Source: the human T2T-CHM13v2.0 reference genome, Homo sapiens
NCBI RefSeq assembly: GCF_009914755.1
Contig: NC_060927.1
Length of the DNA: 64,000 nt
Strand: one strand, 5' to 3'
The notes beneath the pieces were generated by a model, which saw nothing but the letters and a program-made list of their open reading frames with translations, was not told the DNA's origin and did no database searches. The translations under genes and the position numbers were made by a program. This document shows positions 1-13,480 of the stretch, piece after piece (positions within the stretch are counted from its first letter, which is position 1; the number at the start of each line of letters is the position of its first letter).

Positions 1-415
1 TGCAACTAGAGCTTCAGGCCCCTTCTGCTCTAACAGTCTGCAAAAGGACTACACTCATCCCTGGATTCAACCATGTTGCCCTGAAAGGGCTGCAAGTTGC
101 ATCCCCAGCTATGTGTGAGCTTGGCCTCAAGAAGCAACCCTGAGCCCCTGGCGTGGTCGCAGAGGAGCAGCTCTACTGAGGTGCAGAAGCTCAGTGATAG
201 AGAGTCTCTCAGTTAGAAAGAATTTCAGTCATCTAGGCCGGCATTCTACAGAGTCCATTAGCGAGGTGGAATCAAATTAGTGGGATGTCAACAGCAATAG
301 AGAAAAACATAAAATAGAATGTCAGAGTGGAGCTTGTGTTTCAGTGATAAATCTATTCACATGTAGTGTTCCCTGGTCAAAATATGAAGTGTATTTCTTA
401 CAGAGCACTTTGGAA

Positions 416-689
416 TCTGAATCCCAGCACTTTGGGAGACTGAAGCGGGAGGATCAGTTGAGCCCAGGAGTTCAAGAAAAACATAGTGAGACCATGTCGC
501 TACAAAAATAAAAATAAAAATTAGCTGAGTGTGGTGGTACACACCTGTACCACCTACTGGGTACACACCGGTCCCAGCTACTCAGCAGGCTGAGGTGGGA
601 GGATCACTTGAGCCAGAGAGGTAGAAACTGCAGTGAGCCAAGATTGCACCACTGCATTCCAGCCTGGGTTTCAGAATGAGACCCTGTCT
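416..689 (+). mobile_element. Alu (old, AluJ-like; short internal duplication, no tail)
   Basis: atcccagcactttgggag...cagcctggg...gagaccctgtct. Confidence 0.85.
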
Positions 690-2426
690 GGGGGCAGTGG
701 AAGGCATTCCCAGGCCCTAACCCAGGCCTACTGAATCATGATGTGTGATTGAGGGGTGGAGCAAGAGAAGGAACTGCTAGGGAATCTCCATTTTATTAGC
801 TCTCCACATGATTTTTATGTATACTCAATGCCTAACCACTGATATTGACATTTCTGAGCTTGAATTTCCTGATGTATGAGATGGAGATGATAGTACCACC
901 TGGTTATTGTGAGGACCAAGTAGATAATTAATGCAAAGGTATTTTGCTAACTGTAAAAGTACTCTAGAGATTTGAGGTGTTTCCATCCCACAAAATCCTT
1001 CTCTCTGTGATGTTTTTAAGGAGGATAGCACCAGGAGAGTGGGGGAGTGAAGACTGCATTTAATGGGACCAGGAGAGTTAAATGGAAAAATATTTTCTTC
1101 TGTCTCCTTCCACCTTCTACCTTCTACCTTCTGTCCTGCAGATTTCCTGATCTGATCCCAATGGCAGTCCTATGGGGACGTGGTTAGCACAGACTCCCTG
1201 CCCTGTAACTGGTGGTGATGCATATTGCCAACATCAGTCTGATGCATTATTTTAACCGTTTCAAGCCCCCTCTGATATCGAAGTCCCTTTAGTGTAAATC
1301 TCTCACAGTCCTGAATGCTGAGCTTTTGGTCCTGGTGGGACTGTTAATTATCTACTCACTGTGGCGTTCACTGTGTATGCCACTGGGCAGAAGCTTCCCA
1401 GAATGTGTGTGAAATGGCTACACAACATATTTGGACAAGTGCACTAATATGGCCACTGGTGCAGAAAATTTGGGCCCTGAAGGCTTAAATCAGAGATGCA
1501 CAGACTGAAGTCGAATTCCTGGAGGTGGTGCAAGGACTTTGCCTCCAAACTGCTTTTGGGGTGAACTTTAGAGGATAACAGGCTACCAAGCTGGGCCTCA
1601 GCCTCCTCATTCCTTCCGTTCCCTACCTGTCACTCTGCCTCTAAGTGCAGCTGCTCTTCCAAGAGGGAGACTGTACTTAGTTCTATGAGACAAACTAATA
1701 ACCGAATGGATTCTCATGGAAATATGAAGCCAGAAGAAAGGGGGGAAGTGGGGCCAAATCCCCAAGGTGAAAAAGTGAGAAGTCTCAGCATTCAGCCAGT
1801 AGGGGTTGTTCCTGTCAACCCCTTTTATTGCTTCTGCCCCAGGATCAGTGAATTAGGAAGATGCCAGTGTGGAGACAAGCCAGCATGGAGCATGAGGGCT
1901 GGGCGTATGCTCCTAAGTAAGAAGTGGCCCGTCTTCCCTTCTGATTCTTCCTCCTGGTCCCCAGTGCCTGAGCCTTTGAGGCTATTCCCCTCCCAGACAG
2001 ACATTGCTTTACTTCTGCCTTTGAATTGAAGCCCCATTCTTTTTGTAGTCCTCGTAGCCTCGATTTTAGGCTGATGGCTCCAGTAAGGGGTGGGGATGGG
2101 AGGTGTTGCAGGGGTTAGAAGGAAGGAAGGCTGTCTCTTCCATTATTCCCTATCATCTAGTGAGAATCTAATGGGAGGGGTGAGTTAGAATAGATGCCCA
2201 TACAATAGGAGTCTGAGGGTGGTAGTCAGGGCAGGGACAGGGCACAGGGTAGAACCCTTGGAAGGAGTAAAGGGGCATATAGGGAAGGGGTTTAACGGCA
2301 CAATTAGCTGAAGCTTGGCAAAGGAATAATGAGCTCTAACGAAGTAAGAGGAATTAGAATCAAAGCCCTGGTTCTGGGCAGGCTTCAGACTGTGGCTACA
2401 GCTAGAAAGCCTGAGTGATTGAATAG

Positions 2427-2656
2427 CACTGTGCTAATTACATTTTTTTCTTGTTTTCTTTCCTGTTCTCAACTCTCCTTTTCATCTTCTGCCATCTCTC
2501 TGCCCTAAACACCATTTTTCCTCTTTATTCCCCTTCTCTTCCTCCTTACCTCTGCTCTCACACATCCTTCGTCCCCTCTCACCAACCCTCTCCCATATTT
2601 CTCCCCCCTTCCTCCATGCCCTCCTGTTCTACTCCCTCCACCACCACCCTCCAAAG
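2427..2656 (+). promoter_or_regulatory. Extended polypyrimidine tract / AG-exclusion zone with candidate distant branch point (ctaAt, A2437)
   Basis: No AG dinucleotide from 2427 to 2654; gtgctaat lies immediately upstream of a U-rich tract. Confidence 0.7.
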
Positions 2657-2903
2657 CTCTCTGGTGGATGTGAGCTGACAGTGGTCCTCCAGGACTTCAG
2701 TGCGGGCCACAGCAGTGAGCTGACCATCCAGGTGGGGCAGACGGTAGAGCTGCTGGAGCGGCCCAGCGAGCGGCCTGGTTGGTGTCTGGTCCGTACCACC
2801 GAACGGAGCCCGCCCTTGGAGGGTCTGGTCCCCAGCAGCGCCCTGTGCATCTCACACTCCCGAAGCAGCGTGGAGATGGACTGCTTCTTCCCCTTGGTGA
2901 AAG
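2657..2903 (+). CDS. KALRN: Kalirin internal coding exon encoding the first SH3 domain (phase 0 in, phase 1 out)
   Basis: Translates LSGGCELTVVLQDFSAGHSSELTIQVGQTVELLERPSERPGWCLVRTTERSPPLEGLVPSSALCISHSRSSVEMDCFFPLVK+g, which I recognise as the kalirin SH3 region (TRIO paralogue LSGGCELTVVIHDF...). Acceptor ccaaag at 2651-2656 follows a long pyrimidine tract; donor AAG|gtagga at 2903/2904; locally CpG-rich. Confidence 0.96.
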
Positions 2904-3546
2904 GTAGGAGAACAGAGCGGGTGGGAGGCACAGACCAAGGAGGCCATGAGCGCTGGCCTGACTCTAGCTGAAGACCACCATGGAAGTGACCTGTCTCACA
3001 GACCCATTTTTACCCTGTGGGGTTTCTTTGGGACCTGACTGTGAAGAGAATGGGTTGGGAACTTGGAGAGGAAGAGCTCCCGAGTAACTGTGTGTGACTT
3101 TGGGAAAGTCATTTAGCCTTCCTGAGTCAGTTTCATCTTGGAAATGAAGGTTGAATTAAGTAACCTCCAAGATCTCTTCCAGTTTTCCCATCATATCACA
3201 CTACATTCGGGAAAGTCCTCTTCTACCTTTGGCCAAATATGGTTTAGACTCATCCTTTCTCCACTGACCCACTCCCGCTCCACAGCAACTTCTGGCTCTC
3301 TGACCCCCGACCAAGTACTCACATGCTGACCTGGAGACACCAGGCACACCCAGGGAGGAGCCACAGCTGAGTCAGATCTGATCCTTCCCTCAGCCCAGCC
3401 AGGCTTTGAGGTCCATGACTCCTTTATGTGCCTTCAACAGATAAAGTATTCTAGCCTTGGCTTTTATTGTATGTAAGCTCTGTGTTCCCTTCACATGCCT
3501 GTTTACTCACTTTTTCTCATGCCAGGGAGACTAAACTCCTCATGAC

Positions 3547-4641
<1,095 letters not shown>

Positions 4642-4932
4642 ACTTGTGAAGTCCAAGTGGCAGAGGCCTTGCAGCCAAGCATTTTACACTGAGGAAGCCA
4701 AAGCCAGGCCTTAGTTCTGGGCTTATTTTTGTAACTGGCCAGATAATCAGCAGCAGGCATGCCTTCTATGCAGACCTGTGCTAGATATTTCTAGGAGAGG
4801 AAGATGGGGACGAGGGTCAGCATGGAGACCTGCTGCAGGCTTCCTGATGGTTAACTGTGAACTCAGAACATATTTAAAACACTCCGGTGTCTGGAGTGCC
4901 ATCTGGTCTACCTCCAAAGCCTGACTTCCTTT

Positions 4933-4951
4933 CCTCCACTAGATGGCAGCA
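4933..4951 (+). promoter_or_regulatory. CTCF core motif
   Basis: cctccactagatggcagca closely matches the CCAC(C/T)AG(A/G)(T/G)GGCAG core. Confidence 0.6.
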
Positions 4952-6028
4952 GCAGGCTGAATTGTTTGTGCTGCATCCAGCCTTCCAGGGTTTTTTCCAC
5001 CAGGAGAAAAATGTCAGCTAAGACCGACGTCCTAATTCTCCTCGTGCCCTCCACTCCCAATTTAATCATTGCCTGCTTTCCCCCCTGTCCTCTGAGGACT
5101 AAGGAGGGACTGTGTCAGGAAGTTGTGTGGGAATTTGAAATTGCAGGCACAAGAGGAAAATCAAGGAAACTCAGGAATCTGGTTCCGCTTGAAGTCTAGC
5201 CAAGAGGAGAAGAGGGTACACAGAAGGTAGATTGTGAGGGTAAAATGAGGTAATGGAGACAAAACACAGCAGTGCCTGGCATTCAATGCACTTTAGTTGT
5301 CATGATAAGTTTTTGCTATTATATCATTTGCCATAGATTATCCAGCAAAATAACTACACACTCCCACAAGTCCAGTTGAGAGACCCATCTGCAGAGACAA
5401 AATCAAGCACAGCAATTCATTTGCCGCAAAAGGCTAACGTTCCTTGGATCCCCAGGTGTGGGTCGTTTTCATCAGGAGGGACTCAGCTTCAAGGGAAGAT
5501 GAGACTTCCTGACCTAGACCTGGCCTCCTAGCCTGAGGCTGGGTAAAATGTGCACTCCCTCCCTGCTGGGGCTGCCACATGTGCAACTTCGCAGGAGCAA
5601 ACCCAAGGTGGAAAGCCAGAGAGCAGTGTCAGAGTCAATCTGTGATCCCGAAGTGGGAGGTGGAAGCATTCAGGGTAAGAATTGCACAGGACTGGGGGTT
5701 GTCTCGACTATAGGACAGATTAGTGGAGATTTAACTAAAAATAGGAGATGAAGACCAGGAATGGAAAATAGAGGCAAGAGACAAAGCTGGGAGGGAGGCT
5801 GTCATAGAACTTTCCAGCTAATTCTGCCAACCAGCATAGCTTCTTAAAGGTACCAGCAGTGCCTATCACCCATTTCTTTGGCTTTTTATTTCCAGGTTGG
5901 TTCCTGTTTCCCCAAGCTTAGGCCAATTATGCTGAGCTTTCAAATGGCATCCTGTGAGGTCTTACTATCTTCTCACCCATGTGAGCTCTGAATACAGAGG
6001 TCCCCGACTCCCAACAGTCAAGGACCTA

Positions 6029-6331
<303 letters not shown>

Positions 6332-6871
6332 AAGGACCTAAGTCTGCATTCTCCATGGAGCACTCCTTATGCCCTTAACTAGACCCCATTTGAAAGTGTG
6401 TGCAGTTATGCACATAGCCCAGCCTCAAAACCCTTTCCCTGTCTCTCTGGGGTCTGCCCAGAGTGTTGGCCTTAGCTAAGACCCAATAAGCTATTCCTTC
6501 TCTTATTCCAGCTGGCTGCCTGCTTGGCAAACCGCCTTTTCTTCTCTCAGCAGTAATTTGTCTCCAGTGGGTGCTTTACCTTATAAGTTATGCACAACTA
6601 GATTGAGAATAAAATGTTCCTCTGGGGGTTGTGGAATAGGACAGAGTGGTCTCATCTGGTGTCAGGAGGTTGGAATCAATTCCTTTTTCAATTCCCATAA
6701 GAGAACTGGTCCTCTTAGCATTTGCAGAGAGCACCAAGTCAGCACTCTTGCAGGCTGTGTGAAGCAGGGACTATGTGTGAGGGCTAAGCACCTTGTGAGT
6801 GCTCAGGCCATGACTATCACCCCAGAAGTGGGGACAAAAGAACCACAGGATGGTTCTTGATGATCCACTAG

Positions 6872-7048
6872 CACAGGGTTCCCAACGCTGGCTGCACATG
6901 AGAATCATCTGGGAGCTTTTCCAAATGACAATGCCCAGACCCCACCTAGAACAAATGGAATCAGAATCTCTGGATGGGGCCTGAGGGTCAGTATTTTTAA
7001 GTGTTCCATAGGTGAATCTAAGGTGCAGTCAGGGTTGAGAACCACTGC
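6872..7048. mobile_element. MER5-family DNA transposon MITE
   Basis: ggctgcacatgagaatcatctgggagcttt...aatcagaatctctgg...gggttgagaaccactg. Confidence 0.7.
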
Positions 7049-7477
7049 ACTAGCCCGGTCTCCTCTCTTCCAAGAGAACACTCAGGCTCAGGAAAGCAAG
7101 GTGACCTCCCTGAAGCCACAGGGAGTCTGTGGCCAAGCTGGAGCAGACCAGGGCTCCCAGCACCTGTTGAGCTTCTGGGTAGTGCTAGGGCTCCTCTCTG
7201 CCCTTCCCTCCTCTGCCTTCTGTGGGAGCAGTGGTTGGTTATTTCCTCCTGATAAGTCTTGGTGTCATTCATGATGGGGTTGGTGAAAAAGAGTGGGGCT
7301 GTGTGTCAGAATTGGGGTGGGGCTGCCTTTCCTGCTACTTTACTGCCACTCTGACATCTTAGGGCTTCTCACTGGGATTGGGCCCTCCAGCCCTAGTCCT
7401 GCCTTTCCACAGGCCCCTCTCACTTTCACAGCAGCAGGTGGTGGAGGGCAGCACCTCCCAAGAGGCAAGCCTTTGTA

Positions 7478-7856
7478 GCAGTGGTTTCCAACTCTGGATG
7501 CACCTTAGAAACCACCTGGAGGAGGTTTCTAAAAATACTGATGCCTCATATCCACCCCAGAACAATTAATCCAGCTGCCAAGGACCTGGACATCAGTATA
7601 TTTTTAAGTTCTTTTGTGAAAAAAATAAAAAGAAAAAAATTAGCCGGGCATAGTGGCATGCACCTGTAGTCCCAGCTATTCAGGAGGCTGAGATGGGAGG
7701 ATTGCTTGAGCCTGAGGGTTCAGGGCTATAGTGAGCTGTGTTCACGCCACTGCACTCCAGCCTGGGCAAAAGAGTGAGACTCTATCTCAGGGGGAAAAAA
7801 AAAGAAGAAGAACAAACTTAGTGATTCTGATGTTCCCTTAGGGTTGAGAACCACTG
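7478..7856. mobile_element. MER5-family MITE interrupted by an Alu right arm (~7620-7815)
   Basis: cagtggtttccaactctggatgcaccttagaaaccacctgg ... Alu ... gggttgagaaccactg. Confidence 0.65.
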
Positions 7857-7927
7857 CTTTGTGGACTCAGCACCCCCAGGGTGTCAAGCTTAGGAGATAC
7901 TTAAAGATGTATTAGAAAGGTTGAGGG

Positions 7928-8795
7928 TTAATGTCCAGATTATATAAAGAACTCCTGCAACTCAACAACAACAACCAAAAACTAAATTTAAAAATGGACA
8001 AAGGACTTAAACAGAAATTTCTCCAAAGAAGATATACAAGTGACCAATAAGTACATGAAAAGATATTCAACATCACTAATTATTGCTAGGAAAATGATAA
8101 TCAAAACAACAATAACATGTCACTGCAAAGGATGGCTATTGTTTAAAATGTGCACACACAGAAAATAACAAGTGTTATGAGGATGTGGAGAAATTGGAAC
8201 CCTTGTACACTGCTGGTGGGAATGCAAAATGGTACAGCTGCCATGGAAAACAGTATGGGATTCCTCAAAAAAGTAAAAATAAGATTATCATATCATCTAG
8301 CAATCCAACATCTGAGTATATATCCAAAGGAATTGAAAGCAAGGACACAAGCAGAAATTTGTACACCCATGCTCATAGCAGCATTATTCACAATAGTCAA
8401 AAGGTGAAAGCAACCCCAGTGTCCAGCAACAGGTGAATTGAATATATACATACAATGGGATACTCTTCAGCCTTAGAAAGTTAGGAAATTCTAACACATG
8501 CCACAACATGAATGAACCTTGAGGACATTAGGATAAGTGAAACAAGCCAGACACAAAAGGACAAATACTATATGATTCCATTTAAATGAAATACCTTGAG
8601 TAGTCAACTTTTTAGATGTAGAAAGAATGATGATTGCCAGGGGCTGGAGGGAATGGGGAATTAGTGCCTGTTGGGTACAGAGTTTCAGTTTTGCAAGATG
8701 AAAAATGTTCTGGAGATGGATGGTGATGATGGTTGCATGACAATGTGAATGGACTTAATGCCACTGAACTGTACACTTAAAAATGGTGAGAATGG
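7928..8795 (+). mobile_element. Old LINE-1 3' fragment (L1MB-like): ORF2 C-terminal remnant + 3'UTR
   Basis: atataaagaactcctgcaactcaac...gcattattcacaatag...gggtacagagtttcagttttgcaagatgaaaa...actgtacacttaaaaatggt. The 8150-8436 ORFs are decayed ORF2 ([16 protein letters not shown]). Confidence 0.88.
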
Positions 8796-9257
8796 CTTTT
8801 AAAAAGTATTGGTCCTGGGTACTTCTGCCCCAGGCTCCAATAACCAGTCTAGGTTCTTCTGTACCTGGCTGTACAGGACACCTGTGTTCCTTTTCCTGTG
8901 CACTTTCTTCCCTGGCTGGGGCTGAGGGTCTGGAGAAGCTGTAAGGAAATACCTCTCTGCTTATGAAACCAAGTCCAAGGCTTCCCCCGTGAGCCTCAGA
9001 AGCAGATGCTCTAGAGGAGAGGGACAGTGGCCCATGGCACCCCTGGCTTGTTCATGAGGAGTCCTCTCCCTGAAGGCCTCCTGATGATTTCTGCTGTTAC
9101 CACCTACTTGGCCTCAGGAACAGCTTCCCCATGCTGCAGAAGGTGGTGGAGAACCGTGGATAAAACTTGGGCTCTGAAGGCAATTACCATCAACAGCCTG
9201 AGAATGCCGGGCAAGTTTGATAATGTCGACTTGTGTTAAGTGTGTCACCAACTCACA

Positions 9258-9470
9258 AAAATACCTAACATTTATTGAGCTTTACCATGGGTCAGGTTCT
9301 GGGTTGCTTTATGCTAATAGCAATAATATTTTCCTCATCTTACAGATAAAGACACTGAGTCTTAAAAAGATTAGGTAATATGCTCAAAGTCACATAGCTG
9401 ACAAGCAGTGGGCCTAAATTTGAACCCACGCCTGTCCATTTCCCAAGGTCTCACTTTACCACTGTGTTCT
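9258..9470 (-). mobile_element. MIR SINE
   Basis: aacatttattgagc...tacagataaagacactgag...caaagtcacatagct...tttgaaccca, the reverse of the MIR core. Confidence 0.7.
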
Positions 9471-11497
9471 ACACCCTCCCAAGTCTGAAAGCCTTTGAGA
9501 CAGGCACTTTAGTTTATTCTCCCATCTGACTTGGCTTGTTAGCCAGTCTAGCTGAATCTAAGAGCATTAACCCCATTATAGTTACACATACCCACCTTCC
9601 CACTCTCCCTCTCACCTCTGGCCCCAAATGCCCCACTCTCTAGGAGGAGTGGTAGTAATCAGAGACAGATTTTGTCCTGTGGGTGCTTTGCCAACTAATA
9701 AGATTCTGATGTCCTCAGCTGGAGCAGAATGACTCCAAGGAGCACTCTGGACAGCAGGCTGAGCTTAGTCCAACTCTGATAGCGGCCTGCCAACCCCTGG
9801 TGCTGGCCCAGCCTGTTCAACAGATTGTCTGCAGGATGGAAGTCCCCTGCACTTTCTGCTGCCAGGAGCCAAAATGCCAAAAAGTTCAGGCTCCTCTGCC
9901 TACCAGGAGAGTCCTCCAAAGGTCTTTCTCTACCTCTTACTTTTCAGTATAATTCTGCATTAGGAGCCCTACCCTCAGGTTTTTCATTTATGCCATAATG
10001 CCTAACATGGCTTCACTATGGGAGGCTAAAAAAATAATTAGAGGATGAATATTCCCTAAACATTTCCTTTCAGGTACGAAGTGACATGTTATAAATTGCA
10101 GCTTGCTGATTTACTTTATCCTACAGTCCTCAATTGCAGGATTGAAGTACGATCCTTCAATCCTCTTCATTTGTATAGGATTGTACTGGTAATTGACTAG
10201 ATGTGAGGTAGTCCTTTGAGATTCAGAACTCACTTCCTCATAGAAGCAGAAGTATACATGGGAGTATGATCAATGAGGGTGAGAACAGGTTTCCACACTA
10301 GCCCACAACATTTTCCTTTATATTAGCATAGCTGAATTACCCTATGTTTGCAATGAAAAGGTGTGGTATGGTGTTTTTAAAAATTATAATACTGTTGGGT
10401 AAGAATAGCTGAAACCCAAAAATAATGCATTTGAATAAGAAATGTTGTAATTTATTTGAGTACTGATACTTTTTGAAGAAAAGTATGTTTAAAGATAGAT
10501 GGAGAGAGTCTAAAAGGAGCTCCTTGACATTTTTCAGAATCATAAAAAGTTAGAGTTGAAACTTACTCTTTTTATAACTGGATAAAACCGGTTCTTGAAT
10601 AGATTTAATTTGACTCCAGAACATTGGCTTCTTTTGGCTCCTGGGATCTTAGAATTGAAAAGCAGGTGAAAGGTGTTCTAGCTCACTCTCTTTCCAAATA
10701 CAAGAAACCCCTTCCACAATGTCCTTGACAAGTGGTCAGCTAAGCATTACTTGAGCACTTCTAGGGACTGGGAGCTTATTACTTCTAGAGCCTGTTGGAT
10801 TTTAGTGTAATTCTAAGGGCTAGAATATTCCTCATATATTGCACTGAAATCCAAACACTTTCTACCCACGTCTCCTTCTATTCTCCCCCGTCCGAGCCCC
10901 GAGTGTAAATCCACCAGTGCTAATTATTATTCTCCCTCTCCTTCTGATCTGTATCTAGAAGAAAGTAATACAATTTGCAGATAAAATGTTAAACACTTCT
11001 TTCCTAAGCTATATAAGCCTAGCAATTTCTCCATAAATCCTTTTATTAAACGCTTAGAGCAGAACAAAATGTTTTTAATTAAATTCAACAATCCTGACTT
11101 GTTTAAAGTGATTGTTTGTGTTTATGGATTAATAGTCCTTTCCAATGTCCTTGGATTTGAGAACTTCACAGTCCATCCTTACCCTTGAACTTTGGGCATC
11201 CCCTGGTTTCTCACTCACAGACACCTGATCTGTTGTCCTCTCTGGGCATAGAGCTTAGAGGCAAGTGCCTTCTACTCTGAGACTCTCTATAGGCTGGACT
11301 TTTTTCCTGGTTATTCCCTACAGTCATTCATATTGCTATTTGTTCTAAAGTAGCATTTTTATTACCTTTTATTCATGTCTTCCTGAATTACCTCTAGGAT
11401 CCTTTCCACTTCTAAAAATGTCTGTTTTTTTCTCTCTGCATCAGGTAATTACCTTTGTTAATTTAAAGGGATTAACCAAAGTATCCTGTGTTTATTT

Positions 11498-11742
11498 TAT
11501 TTTTTTTCTATTTTTTATTTTGGAGACAGGGCCTCACTCTGTTGCCCAGGCTGGAGTGCAGTGGCAAATAGCTGGGACCACAGGTGCTTGCCACCATCCC
11601 TAGCTAATTTTTGTATTTTTTTGTAGAGATGAGGTTTCGCCATGTTGCCCAGGCTGGTCTCGAACTCCTGAGCTCAAGCAATCTGCCTGCCTTGGCCTAC
11701 CAAAGTGCTGGGATTACAGGTGTGAGCCACTGCACCCAGCCA
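11498..11742 (-). mobile_element. Alu with internal deletion
   Basis: gagacagggcctcactctgttgcccaggctgg...caaagtgctgggattacagg. Confidence 0.88.
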
Positions 11743-11856
11743 AAGTATCCTATTTTTGATGCATATAAGCATAGCATAAATATCTTCATTTTGAGGTCCA
11801 ATTTTTTAATTTGGGGTGCATGAAATCTCCATTTTTGTAGTAAAAAATGGTTGAGA

Positions 11857-12174
11857 CTGGGTGCAGTGGCTCACATCTTTAACCCCAGCACTTTGGGAGG
11901 CCAAGGCAGATGGATCACTTGAGCTCAGGAGTTCTAGACCAGACTGGGCAACATGGTGAAACCCCATCTCTACCAAAAATACAAAAAATTAGCTGGGCAT
12001 GGTGGCATGCACCTGTGGTCCCAGCTGCTGGGGGTGGAGGTGGGGGAAGGGCTGCAGTGGGAAGGGAGGTGGAGGTTGCAGTGAGCCTAGATTGTGCCAC
12101 TGCACTCCAGTCTGGGTGACAAAGCAAGACCCCATCTCAAAAAAAAACAAAAAACAAAAAACAAAAAAAAAAAC
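11857..12174 (+). mobile_element. Alu with G-rich internal alteration
   Basis: Alu consensus; head-to-head with the preceding Alu. Confidence 0.88.
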
Positions 12175-12589
12175 AGGTTGAATGTCAGCAATTTCAGTTA
12201 AAAATGGCCCAACCTAATGTATTGTAATCTACTGTTTTTTTTCCTTAAAAGGGTACTGGCAAATCTTTGAAAACGGAACAGAATTTAGTTCTCAGGGAAT
12301 CAGATGGGGTGGGAAGAAGACAGGGTATGAAATGAGAAGCCACTTATTTTGAGTAGAATGTCACCTAATCTTCCTGGGTTTAGCTTCCACATTTATGCAA
12401 AAGGAAGCTGATAAAGATGCCTATGTAACAGAGTTGCTGGGAGGCTCAAGGGTAGAAATGTTAAGTAAAAGTGATTTTTAAACTGTGAGGTTGGTTTTAT
12501 TATTATGTGCACAGGCTGATTGTTTAGGATAAAACAAAAGTTGTCTGTGGCTTTACCTCGGTATGCAGTAGACTATAAAAACATGGTCT

Positions 12590-13480
12590 GTCTGTAATCC
12601 CAACACTTTCAGAGGTTGAGGCAGGAGAACCTCTTGAGCCCAGGAGTTCCAGACCAGCCTGGGCAACAGAGCGAGACCCCGTCTCTAGGAAAAATTTTTA
12701 AAAAGCCGGGCATGGTGGTGAGTGCCTATAGCCTCAGCTACTTGGAGGGTTGAGGTAAGAGGATCACTTGAGCCCAGGAGGTCGAGCCTGCAGTGAGCTG
12801 CCATTGAGCCATTGCACTCCAGCCTGGGCGGCAGAGCGAGACCCTGTCTCCAAAAAAATGTCTTGGGGTGGAAGGCCTGAGTCTGAATCCTGGTCACTGG
12901 CTAGATGATGACCTTGGGTAAGACACTTAAAATCTATGAAATAAGCCGGATGTGATCATACACCTGTGGTCCTAGCTGTCTGGGACGTGAGAGAGGATGG
13001 CTTGAGTTCATTGCTGCAGTGAGCTATGATTGCACAACTGCACTCCAGCCTAGGCAATGGAGCAAGACTCCATTTCTAAAAATTCTAACTTTAAAAAATC
13101 TGTGAAATTGATTAATAGCACTTAAACTCCAACAAGGTAGACTTTGCAGTCCAGTTATGCCCCACCAAAGGTGGTCAGTTAATGTGAAGTTCCCTGCCTG
13201 CTCTTTGTCTAAGTTCTGATACTTCTATAGGGCTGAGTACAGGGTGTTTCCAGCCTGAATCATCCCCAGGATTGTTCAAGGGGTCAGGGTTCTCTTTCTA
13301 GTTTCCATTGGTTTTCTTTTTTCTTTTTTTTACCAGACAGGGTCTCACTCTATTACCCAGGCTGGAGTTCAGTGGCATGATCAGGCCTCACTGCAGCCTT
13401 GACCTCCCAGGTTCAAGTGATCCTTCTGCCTCAGCAACCCCCAAGTAGCTGGGACTACAAGTGCGAGCCATTGTGCCTCC
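12590..13480. mobile_element. Alu cluster: + Alu ~12590-12858, + monomer ~12945-13082, - partial ~13318-13480
   Basis: Recognisable Alu arms. Confidence 0.8.

Noticed and set aside
2451-2678. Hydrophobic signal-peptide-like ORF
   Set aside because: Merely the translation of the polypyrimidine tract.
2681-2971. 96-aa ORF as a standalone SH3 protein
   Set aside because: It starts at an internal GTG; the true exon is bounded by splice sites at 2657 and 2903.
8150-8436. ORFs resembling the L1 ORF2 C-terminus
   Set aside because: Frameshifted remnants of an old L1, not a functional gene.
10061-10080. tttcctttcag|gtacga, and a similar ttccag|gttggt at ~5895, as recursive sites
   Set aside because: The regenerated donors are weak; likely chance.
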